Part shown: positions 10,850 through 18,303 of the stretch, one piece after another
Position numbering within the stretch: position 1 is the first letter of the stretch
How the letters are laid out: each line of letters starts with the position of its first letter
NCBI GenBank assembly: GCA_032249095.1
Contig: JAVVGN010000004.1
Coordinates: 14,420-46,419, forward strand
Origin: Candidatus Caldarchaeales archaeon
GTDB lineage: Archaea; Thermoproteota; Nitrososphaeria_A; Caldarchaeales; Calditenuaceae
DNA: 32,000 nucleotides
Direction of reading: 5' to 3'
Made by a program: the position numbers and the translations under genes
The notes under the pieces: generated by a model
What the model was told of the DNA's origin: nothing
The model's database searches: none
Seen by the model: only the letters and a program-made list of their open reading frames with translations

Positions 10850-10875
10850 CGGCTCGGGCGTAGGTCTAGTGGGGT

Positions 10876-11880
10876 ATGCCCCAAAAGGAGAAGCTGAAGG
10901 AGAAAGCCGCGCCCTACGCCGACATCACAGAGCTCCCAGGCGTGGGGCCCGCGACTGCTGAGCGGTTGAAGGAGATTGGATACTCCACCATCGAGGCGTT
11001 AGCAACAGCCACCGTCGCCGAGCTTGAGAGCGCTGGGATCGGTGAGAAGAGGGCTGCGGAGCTGATAGAGCTTGCGAGACAGTCGATAGAGGTCTCATGG
11101 GTCACAGCAAAGGAGCTGGCAAGCCTTAAGGGACGTGTAGGTCACCTAACTACAGGAAGCAAGGCGCTGGACGCCTTGATCGGCGGCGGGATCGAGACGC
11201 AGGCCATAACAGAGTTCTTCGGCGAGTTCGGCTCGGGTAAGAGCCAGCTCTGCCACCAGCTAGCGGTTAACGTGCAGCTCCCCGTCGAGAGAGGTGGACT
11301 CGACGGCGCGGCTCTTTACATCGACACCGAGAACACCTTCAGGGTTGAGAGGATAGAGCAGATGGCAAAGCATCTCGGACTAGATTTCGATAAGGTTCTT
11401 GAACGTATAATATATGCGGAGGCCTATAACTCCGACCACCAGATACTTCTCCTCGAGAAGGCTGACAGGATAATCAAGGAGAACCAGGTCAAGCTAGTTG
11501 TAGTTGACTCACTGACCGCCCACTTCAGAAGCGAGTATATAGGAAGGGAGATGCTTGCTGAAAGGCAGCAAAAGCTTAACAAGCATATGCACAGGCTGTT
11601 GCGGCTGGCCAGGGCCTTCAACTTGGCTGCGGTCGTGACCAACCAGGTTATGGCCAGGCCGGACGACTTCTTCGCCCTCAACGCCGTATTCCCCGTGGGC
11701 GGCCATATAGTTGGACATACCAGCCATCTTAGACTTTTCATCCGAAAGACCGCGGGAAAAAACGTTAGGATCGTCCGACTCGTCTCCAGCCCCCACCTAC
11801 CCGAGGGAGAGGTTTTAATCAAGATTACTTCTAACGGCGTTGAGGATGTTGAGGAGTCCGAGGGGAAGGGTGAGGAGTAG
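10876..11880 (+). CDS. radA: DNA repair and recombination protein RadA
   Basis: N-terminal HhH domain ([18 protein letters not shown]), Walker [15 protein letters not shown], Walker B LVVVDSL, and the L2 region [10 protein letters not shown]. Confidence 0.97.
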   Translation: MPQKEKLKEKAAPYADITELPGVGPATAERLKEIGYSTIEALATATVAELESAGIGEKRAAELIELARQSIEVSWVTAKELASLKGRVGHLTTGSKALDALIGGGIETQAITEFFGEFGSGKSQLCHQLAVNVQLPVERGGLDGAALYIDTENTFRVERIEQMAKHLGLDFDKVLERIIYAEAYNSDHQILLLEKADRIIKENQVKLVVVDSLTAHFRSEYIGREMLAERQQKLNKHMHRLLRLARAFNLAAVVTNQVMARPDDFFALNAVFPVGGHIVGHTSHLRLFIRKTAGKNVRIVRLVSSPHLPEGEVLIKITSNGVEDVEESEGKGEE

Positions 11881-12308
11881 TGAAGCATGATATTGAGCGG
11901 TGGGAGAAACCCGTGCTAAACTATCTCGGAGTACTTTTGTCTGGCAAGTTCGCGGACGCTGAGAGGACCCTCGAGAGGTATGAGAGGAAGGCTCAGACCC
12001 CACATGAGAAACGGCTAGTCCATGCGCTCCGCGGCATATTCCACGCATACCAGTCCGACGACCATGACTCGCTCATCTTCAAAATATTTCTCGAGGGGGG
12101 CGACAAGGCAAGGGCGAGAGAGCTCGCCGAGCTACTGAAAAACCATGCAGCGGTCTTCGACGAGTCTGACCCGTACTTCTGGGTGTGGCAGGTTATCTTA
12201 AAGAATCGTGAGAGGTTACCAACTCCCCATAAACTCAGGGTCGAGGAGCGTTCAGTGGAGCATGTTGTAGAAGAGAATCCAGCTGGTGAGCCAGATAAAA
12301 ACGTATGA
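11880..12308 (+). CDS. Hypothetical helical protein translationally coupled to radA
   Basis: Its GTG start shares one nucleotide with the radA TAG stop (TAGTG). 142-aa helical, charged sequence with no family recognised. Confidence 0.5.
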   Translation: MKHDIERWEKPVLNYLGVLLSGKFADAERTLERYERKAQTPHEKRLVHALRGIFHAYQSDDHDSLIFKIFLEGGDKARARELAELLKNHAAVFDESDPYFWVWQVILKNRERLPTPHKLRVEERSVEHVVEENPAGEPDKNV

Positions 12309-12512
12309 GCCGGCCCCCGTGGTGAGTAGGGCCCTACTATTGAGTGCGCCGGCCCCCATGAATAGTATTCGGAAAAGAAGTAGGGACAAGGCGTAAACCG
12401 CCGCCGAGAACAGAATTGAGTACAGGAAGTATAGGCCCAGAATGCCCGACGAGACCCCTACAGCGAGTCCAAGCCCAGCTCTTATCAAATACGTCAGATC
12501 GTCCGAGTTCAT
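12252..12512 (-). CDS. Small membrane protein (2-3 TM helices)
   Basis: 86-aa hydrophobic ORF. Its ATG overlaps the stop of the upstream MFS gene (ATGA), implying co-translation. Confidence 0.55.
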   Translation of the reverse strand: MNSDDLTYLIRAGLGLAVGVSSGILGLYFLYSILFSAAVYALSLLLFRILFMGAGALNSRALLTTGAGSYVFIWLTSWILFYNMLH

Positions 12513-13792
12513 CCTCCACCCTCTGTGTTCTTGGCGATTGATTTATTAGGTTTAGCGAGGCCCTCCGAGCTCCCTGATTCTTCGCCGGCTGAGAGCCGTA
12601 GCGCCCACACGAGGATGGCTGATGCGAGCCCTGCGACCGCAGAGGTTGCTGGGATTATTATGTCAAGTTCTGCGAGGCTTAGCAGGAGGCCGCTAGCTAG
12701 GCTACCCATGCTCGACCCCAAGTCGAGTCCAAGGGTCAGTACCGCAATTCCGATCGTGAGGTGGGACGGGGGGACAAGCGACTGGAGCGCGATCAGGCTG
12801 CTCGGTATGAATAGCCCCACTGCAATGCCGTAAAGGGGCATGGCGCTGTAGAGTGACCACTGCGACTTGATGTAAAGTAGGGGGGCGGTAGAAGCGATGA
12901 GGAGCGAGCTCGCCAACAAGGACTTGTATGCCCCACCTATCTTTGCGGACAGCGGTCTTCCCAAGATGTTAAAGACTGATGAGACCGAGAATAAGATGGG
13001 TATCTCGTGCTCGGGGACTATGCCGCGCTGGACGACGAGGATTGGCAGGAACGAGCTGATTGTCCCAATAACATAGCTCAGAATGAACCTACTGGAAAGG
13101 AGAAGCGCAAGCTCTCTCGAAAACAGTTGCCTCCAAGATGACGGACCACCCGAATCTTCTACATCTCCCACCGCCGCGCCACCCGGTATAGCCGCAGCTG
13201 CACCCGAAATGACCGCAGCAACCACGAAAACCGCTGTGTATTGATCAATGAAGCGGGTCCCCACCGGGTAGCCTGCGAGAATAAGGGAGGATAGAAGAGG
13301 GCCTATGCTCATACCAATGGGCGGTGCGGTCATTATGAGGCCGAGCCTCTTCTCCCTGTCGGCTGAAGACCCCGCGATCCTCACCGCCTCACTCAGGGCG
13401 GAGGGGTGGAAACTTCCGAACCCTAGGCCCCGCAGGGAGCACCCGAGATATATGACACTCAGCGATGGAGAAAGTATGAGGACAAAGAGGGAGGTGAGAT
13501 TGAGGATAAGCCCTAACCGTGTCAGGTTGAGGCTCGGGCGAGATTTGCTGAGAGAGGCCAGTGGAAGCCTGGAGACGAAAGTCGTGATGGCGATTGTGGC
13601 ATAGTAGGCCCCAACCTGGCCGGGCGTTGCTCCTAATCTGTATGCGTAGAGGCCGATGATGGGCGCGGTCATAGAGGCAGAGACTGTGTATCCTATAAAG
13701 ACGGCCCACAACCTGGCGACAGCTCGACCGCTCTCCGACCAGCGAAGCACCCGCCATATCGCGTTGAGTGAGATATTTAACCGTGATGCCAA
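12509..13792 (-). CDS. MFS transporter
   Basis: 427 aa with about 12 hydrophobic segments in a 6+6 arrangement and a central loop. TTG start. Confidence 0.8.
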   Translation of the reverse strand: MASRLNISLNAIWRVLRWSESGRAVARLWAVFIGYTVSASMTAPIIGLYAYRLGATPGQVGAYYATIAITTFVSRLPLASLSKSRPSLNLTRLGLILNLTSLFVLILSPSLSVIYLGCSLRGLGFGSFHPSALSEAVRIAGSSADREKRLGLIMTAPPIGMSIGPLLSSLILAGYPVGTRFIDQYTAVFVVAAVISGAAAAIPGGAAVGDVEDSGGPSSWRQLFSRELALLLSSRFILSYVIGTISSFLPILVVQRGIVPEHEIPILFSVSSVFNILGRPLSAKIGGAYKSLLASSLLIASTAPLLYIKSQWSLYSAMPLYGIAVGLFIPSSLIALQSLVPPSHLTIGIAVLTLGLDLGSSMGSLASGLLLSLAELDIIIPATSAVAGLASAILVWALRLSAGEESGSSEGLAKPNKSIAKNTEGGG

Positions 13793-13860
13793 GGAATACA
13801 GGAATCTGTATTCGTGTATGGATTAAATATTCCTCACGCAAAAAATTTAGTGCAGTGTAA

Positions 13861-14748
13861 TTGCCCGGAGAGCAGGCGACCATCACTGAAAGAATTCGAG
13901 TCTATTTCGTTCTGACTAAGCCCAATGTTTGGTGGCTACTCGTGTTCGTCGGTGTCGCAGGCTATTTAGCAGGATCCGCCGGGATGGTTGACCCGGCGAC
14001 GCTAGTTGCGCTCCTAACTGCTTTGTCAGCCGGGTCGGCGGGGGCTGAAACACTCGCAAACTATTTAGAGCGTGATGTTGACTCGCGCATGAGGAGGACG
14101 CGAAACCGACCTCTGCCCCGCGGACTCATCAACCCCCCCACAAAGGCGCTCCTCCTTGGATTGACCCTCGTCTCGGCATCCCTAGTTGTCACGGCGCTAT
14201 ACCTTAATCCTATGGCTCTAGTCTTCATGCTTATCGGAATACTCGATTACGTAGTTGTGTATGTGGTTCTGACCAAGAAAAGGACTCCGCTCAACATTCT
14301 GCTGGGAAGCGCCGCCGGGGCCGCGCCCGTTTGGGTAGGGTACGCGGCCTCAGGCGGCTTCGACTTGACCGCCGTCTTACTGGGACTCCTCGTAATTCTG
14401 TGGATACCTGTCCACGTCTGGAGTCTCGCTCTCAGATACAGAGAGGATTACCTGGCGGTAGGGATACCAATGCTCCCCACAGTTGTGTCCAAGGAGACCT
14501 CCGTCCGAATCATAGCGGTCACTACGATACTCTTGGCTGCTTTTGCCCTCGCGATACCATTACTCGACAGCCGCTTCTTCTCACCCCTTTATGTAGCGAC
14601 AGCTCTCGCTTCTAGCGTGCTCCTAATAGCGCTGGGAATAGTTGTCATTGTTAGGTCGACGGGGAGAAACGCTTGGAGGTTGTTTAAGTTCACCAGCCCG
14701 TATCTCGCGGTTATCTTCCTAGCGGTTATGCTGGAGTCCCTCCTTTAG
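13861..14748 (+). CDS. ctaB: Protoheme IX farnesyltransferase (heme O synthase), UbiA family
   Basis: Polytopic membrane protein with NYLERDVDSRMRRTRNRPLPRG (the N-x3-D-x2-D...RT..RP motif of CtaB/CyoE) and a second Asp-rich-region context. TTG start. Confidence 0.85.
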   Translation: MPGEQATITERIRVYFVLTKPNVWWLLVFVGVAGYLAGSAGMVDPATLVALLTALSAGSAGAETLANYLERDVDSRMRRTRNRPLPRGLINPPTKALLLGLTLVSASLVVTALYLNPMALVFMLIGILDYVVVYVVLTKKRTPLNILLGSAAGAAPVWVGYAASGGFDLTAVLLGLLVILWIPVHVWSLALRYREDYLAVGIPMLPTVVSKETSVRIIAVTTILLAAFALAIPLLDSRFFSPLYVATALASSVLLIALGIVVIVRSTGRNAWRLFKFTSPYLAVIFLAVMLESLL

Positions 14749-15305
14749 CCCCTCTTTACGCTTATTGACATGCCGTCCCCTATCTCCACAATCGCTGAGA
14801 GGAGCTGAGGATGGTGAGTAATCGCTTTCCGAAACAAATCGAGCTCGGGCCACATGACGTTGTCGGCGACCAGCACTCCCCTCTCCCGCAGCCTCGCGAC
14901 GAGCGGGGAGAGGAGTCGAAGATAAGCAGACTTCTCAATGTCCAGGAAGATCATGTCAAATTCCTCCCCTGTCTCCGAGACATAGCTCTCCGCGTCCCCG
15001 ACTACTATCTGGACCGAGTCTATAATTCCAGCCTCACGAAAGTTTCTGTAGGCCTCTGCGGCGTGCTCCTGGCGTCTTTCAACCGTGACTATGCGGGCTC
15101 CATCAGGTAGAGCTCGCGCGATCTGGAGGCAGGAGTACCCGATACCTGTCCCGAGCTCTAGCACTCTTTTTGGCTGTGTAAGCATCGTGACGGCGAACAG
15201 CAGCTCGCCCTTAACGGGGCCTATTATGGGGAAGTGTCTCCCACTCTCCACGCTCCTCTCGATTCTCCTCAGGACCCTAAGTATCTCGTCCACATTGCCA
15301 GACAA
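14745..15305 (-). CDS. Class I SAM-dependent O-methyltransferase (family 3, caffeoyl-CoA OMT-like)
   Basis: VLELGTGIGYS SAM motif I, IVTVERRQEHAAEAYRNFREAG, FDMIFLD. Confidence 0.85.
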   Translation of the reverse strand: MSGNVDEILRVLRRIERSVESGRHFPIIGPVKGELLFAVTMLTQPKRVLELGTGIGYSCLQIARALPDGARIVTVERRQEHAAEAYRNFREAGIIDSVQIVVGDAESYVSETGEEFDMIFLDIEKSAYLRLLSPLVARLRERGVLVADNVMWPELDLFRKAITHHPQLLSAIVEIGDGMSISVKRG

Positions 15306-15337
15306 GCCTCGTCAGGAAGTAGGGAATCCGTATATTT

Positions 15338-15525
15338 TTGTCTGTCCTTTTCCCCTGAATATTGCTTCGTTTCCCCACAGGTCTAATTGTATTGGTATGT
15401 TTCTGTTCTCCATGCCTAATAGGTGTTTTAGTTTAGATTTCTCCTTCTTTACTACTCCTATCTCCTTCTCTAAGCCCTTAATGTTTGTTAGGGCGTTAGT
15501 AGATTTCTTCTCTTGGTAGTATTAG
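15338..15525 (+). repeat. Repeat B, copy 2 (about 188 bp)
   Basis: Aligns with the reverse complement of 10082-10247. It carries about 24 bp extra (TTCTTTACTACTCCTATCTCC region). It lies immediately upstream of the O-methyltransferase start. Confidence 0.85.
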
Positions 15526-15590
15526 TCCCTTTTGAGGTCTTTATATATCCTGGCAATGGTTCTCTTGAGTGTAGTGAGGCCAGTTTGGTG

Positions 15591-15884
15591 ATGGCCCGGT
15601 TGTTGGGGCCACTACTCCTTATATGTGGGGCCGGTGGGGGTTCTTTTCCGAAAAGGGTGATGAGGATGGGGTTGGTGGCGATTGATTCGGAGATCGAGGT
15701 TGCAGTGGGGAGGGTTCTGAACATCACTCCGACACCCGATGGAGTCATGGTTGTTCAGAACGAGTGGGATGGAAGGCTGAAGACATGGATGATATCCTCC
15801 ATCGAGACGCTGAGGTGGCTAATATACGAGGCCACGGGGAAAAACCGCCGAGAATCTACCACCCACCACCACTCAACTCGATAG
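15591..15884 (+). CDS. Hypothetical small protein (start uncertain; ATG 15666 preceded by GGTGAT is an alternative)
   Basis: Only an ORF with protein-like composition from MGLVAIDSEIEV... onward. The ORF-track TTG start at 15513 lies inside repeat B. No homology recognised. Confidence 0.3.
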   Translation: MARLLGPLLLICGAGGGSFPKRVMRMGLVAIDSEIEVAVGRVLNITPTPDGVMVVQNEWDGRLKTWMISSIETLRWLIYEATGKNRRESTTHHHSTR

Positions 15885-15966
15885 TCCTAGAGAGGGAGAG
15901 GTGGAGAGGTTCCACATAGTTGCAAGGCCATAAGAGATAAAGGCGCAGAATGAGGGGGTGGTCTGA

Positions 15967-16410
15967 ATGGTGAGTAGGGTCTTCGTTGACTTCGGCCGCA
16001 ACAGGGTCTATGCCCTCCCAGAGGATGGCGGTGAGGTGATAGTCTTCAGCGAGAGCATAGAGGAGCTTAAAAAGTATCTAATCGAGAACGGAGTATCGGC
16101 TGAAACTTACCACTCCCAGAAGCCCGAGAGCGTTAGGGACTCGATATTCGCCGAGTGGGGCAGGGGATTCAGAGTATTACTAGCAGTGAGGGCCCTAGAC
16201 GAGGGGGTGGACGTGCCAGAGGTAAAGACTGGGATAATAATAGCGTCTGGAAAGGAGGTTAGACAGCTTGTCCAGAGGCAGGGGAGGCTTATAAGGCCCG
16301 TCCAAGGAAAGAAGGCGAGGCTATACGTGGTCTATGCAGAGGGCACCTATGAATACGAGATATTCCTACGGCTCAGGAGCCTTATAAGGGGATGGATAAG
16401 GCCATACTGA
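15967..16410 (+). CDS. SF2 helicase C-terminal (RecA2) domain only, XPB/Rad25-like; probably a gene fragment
   Basis: VIVFSESIEE..., LLAVRALDEGVDVPE (motif V context) and QRQGRLIRP (motif VI). No Walker A/DExH half is present in any frame upstream. GGGGGTG Shine-Dalgarno-like element lies before the ATG. Confidence 0.6.
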   Translation: MVSRVFVDFGRNRVYALPEDGGEVIVFSESIEELKKYLIENGVSAETYHSQKPESVRDSIFAEWGRGFRVLLAVRALDEGVDVPEVKTGIIIASGKEVRQLVQRQGRLIRPVQGKKARLYVVYAEGTYEYEIFLRLRSLIRGWIRPY

Positions 16411-16438
16411 GGGCCACAACCCGTTATAACTGGGACTC

Positions 16439-16720
16439 TTGCTCAGGATTATGGGTTTGGGGTCGGGAGATTCTTGCGAGGAGTGCAGAGGGCCTGCCGC
16501 GACTACATGCGATATTTGTGGAGCCTCCATATGTGAGGACTGCTCGATTGACGGGGCATGCTCCATATGTGCCGAGGAGGAGCTGTGTGAGTCGTGCGGC
16601 TGCGAGGCCTCCGACCTCTTCTACTGCGATGGCTGCGGCAGGTGGGTTTGCTGGGACTGCTACTCAGAGGACGGGGGCAGGTGTGAGGAGTGCCTATCCA
16701 GCCCAAGACCCGTCGGATAG
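16439..16720 (+). CDS. Acidic cysteine-rich mini-protein (eight CxxC pairs, predicted multi-zinc-ribbon)
   Basis: 93 aa with 17 Cys: CEEC, CDIC, CEDC, CSIC, CESCGC, CDGC, CWDC, CEEC. Alternative ATG at 16451. Confidence 0.5.
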   Translation: MLRIMGLGSGDSCEECRGPAATTCDICGASICEDCSIDGACSICAEEELCESCGCEASDLFYCDGCGRWVCWDCYSEDGGRCEECLSSPRPVG

Positions 16721-17598
16721 GAGGAGTGGGTGGGACAACGGGAGGGCCACAACCCGCTATATGTGATGAGGCCTCCGATCTCGGCGTGATAGAGGCGGTC
16801 TATTCCTATTCCTCGGATGGGGAGGGAGAGTTCCTCCCCTTCTGGAGGCTATACATCGAGCAGAACTATAGGGGTGAGTGGGTCTGCGTCGGCAAGTTCC
16901 TTCTGAGGGAGCGGGGCGGCAGGAGCCACATAGTCCACCGATACCCGAATGGGTTTGAGGCAACGCTCCTCGACGGCCTCTGCGCCCAGACGGTAGGCAC
17001 CACGCTTGAGGGGTTCAGGGACGCTATGACTCACGGGAGCGTGGAGGAGAGGCTTGGGCTTCTAAAACGATTCGTGGAGAGGAGCAGGGGCGCCCTAGAC
17101 ACGGCAGACTGGGACGGCGAGGGATACGTCGTGCACCACCTCAAGACGCCAACCGAGGCCTTCCGAGAAGACGTCCTTATGGGAAAGATATTCGACACGA
17201 GTCCGGGCTCAAGCCCCCTGTCCGGCAGCTCCGGCGGCACCCGGCTAGTGTCTACACAGCAGATAACAGCCCTAAATCCGAGCTCCAGAAAACTCCTGGC
17301 TAGCTTATCCGTGTCAAAGCCCCGGAGCGGGAATACTCCTTTGAAACCCGCTCTCTCGAGATTGTTCTCCCTATGCCTCCTAACATCCTCGAGGAATATA
17401 TCGCCGAAGACCACCTCAAGAACCCCCATGGAGCGGAGCCTTTGGAGTGCAACCGCCATTCTATCCTCGTATATCTCGTTTGAGCAATCGGCGGGGAGGG
17501 GAATGTTCAGCAGATCCAAGCCTAGTGAGGCGGCCTGTTTCTTCACCAGCTCCAGATTAACTCCATGCATGCTTACTCGGTTATATTCCTCTGTGTAA
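16690..17598 (+). CDS. Hypothetical protein; only the 5' ~450-500 nt looks coding, the rest is antisense to the PP-loop ATPase gene
   Basis: The N-terminal part (...FLPFWRLYIEQNYRGEWVCVGKFLL...GFRDAMTHGSVEERLGLLKRFVERS...) has normal composition. After about 17200 it becomes a Ser/Pro-rich shadow-like sequence. Confidence 0.3.
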   Translation: MPIQPKTRRIGGVGGTTGGPQPAICDEASDLGVIEAVYSYSSDGEGEFLPFWRLYIEQNYRGEWVCVGKFLLRERGGRSHIVHRYPNGFEATLLDGLCAQTVGTTLEGFRDAMTHGSVEERLGLLKRFVERSRGALDTADWDGEGYVVHHLKTPTEAFREDVLMGKIFDTSPGSSPLSGSSGGTRLVSTQQITALNPSSRKLLASLSVSKPRSGNTPLKPALSRLFSLCLLTSSRNISPKTTSRTPMERSLWSATAILSSYISFEQSAGRGMFSRSKPSEAACFFTSSRLTPCMLTRLYSSV

Positions 17599-17704
17599 GT
17601 CGTCATTAGGACCGCCACGTCCACATACATGTTATTGAGAATATCATAGAGAGCTATAGCGGAGTCCTTCCCCCGCTCCAATTAACAGCAACTCTCCGCT
17701 GCAC
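17031..17704 (-). pseudogene. PP-loop ATP pyrophosphatase of the Dph6/MJ0570 (diphthine-ammonia ligase-like) family, frameshifted in the P-loop
   Basis: Family blocks RVSMHGVNLELVKKQAASLGL, VVFGDIFLEDVRRHRE, FPLRGFDT, GFRAVICCVD. Adding one C to the C5 run at 17670-17674 gives GTG(17704)-MQRRVAVNWSGGKDSAIALY, the canonical SGGKDS N-terminus. The C-terminal GE-x-GE[FY] motif is absent in frame. Confidence 0.75.
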
Positions 17705-17759
17705 GACTCCTCAAGACCTGCAACAGAGATATTAACTGGGATCTGATACACATATATTT

Positions 17760-18302
17760 GTGAGGGACTGGACGATCCTGAACGAGCCTGTCGAGAAGCA
17801 CGCCTCTAAAGATTTCATAATCATCGAGGAGGAGGCGAGCGTCAGGGATGCCGCCATACAGATGAGGTCGAAGGGGCATACGTGCGTGTTGGTCGCGAGG
17901 GGCGGAAAGCCCGTTGGAATAGTCACGGAGAGGGACATTCTCTACAGAGTCGTGGCGAGCGGGCGCGATCCAAATAAAGTAATGCTGAAGGAGGTGATGT
18001 CGTCTCCGCTGATCACCGTCAGTCCCAAGACGAGCCTCAGCGAGGCAATGACTCTTATGGCAACTAGGGGGGTTAGGAGGCTTGTAGTGATGGAAGAAGG
18101 CAAGCCTGTGGGACTTTTGACGTTAGTAGCGCTTACTGGAGGTCTGGTCAGCCGGATGGCTATCCTCCCAGAGGTCGAGGGAGAAGTCGTTAAATGCCCC
18201 TACTGTGGGGCCAAGTTTAGTTCACCGCGCGAACTATCAAAGCATATTGATTCATCACACATCGGTGCTGAGGTGCTTTCACGCCCCCACATGGAGTGGT
18301 GA
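17760..18302 (+). CDS. CBS-domain pair protein with a C-terminal C2H2 zinc finger
   Basis: Two CBS repeats (VGIVTERDILYRV; VGLLTLVAL). This is followed by CPYCGAKFSSPRELSKHIDSSH, an exact C-x2-C-x12-H-x4-H pattern. GTG start. Confidence 0.8.
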   Translation: MRDWTILNEPVEKHASKDFIIIEEEASVRDAAIQMRSKGHTCVLVARGGKPVGIVTERDILYRVVASGRDPNKVMLKEVMSSPLITVSPKTSLSEAMTLMATRGVRRLVVMEEGKPVGLLTLVALTGGLVSRMAILPEVEGEVVKCPYCGAKFSSPRELSKHIDSSHIGAEVLSRPHMEW

Positions 18303-18303
18303 G

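Noticed and set aside
13389-13886. Long antisense or alternative-frame ORFs inside confidently assigned genes (for example 363-692, 981-1406, 6230-6730, 11424-11888, 13389-13886, 24623-25057, 25462-25824, 28177-28533, 26970-27251).
   Set aside because: These are typical shadow ORFs of GC-rich coding DNA. They have Arg/Ser/Pro-rich low-complexity translations, no motifs, and are fully nested in genes with strong homology on the other strand or frame.
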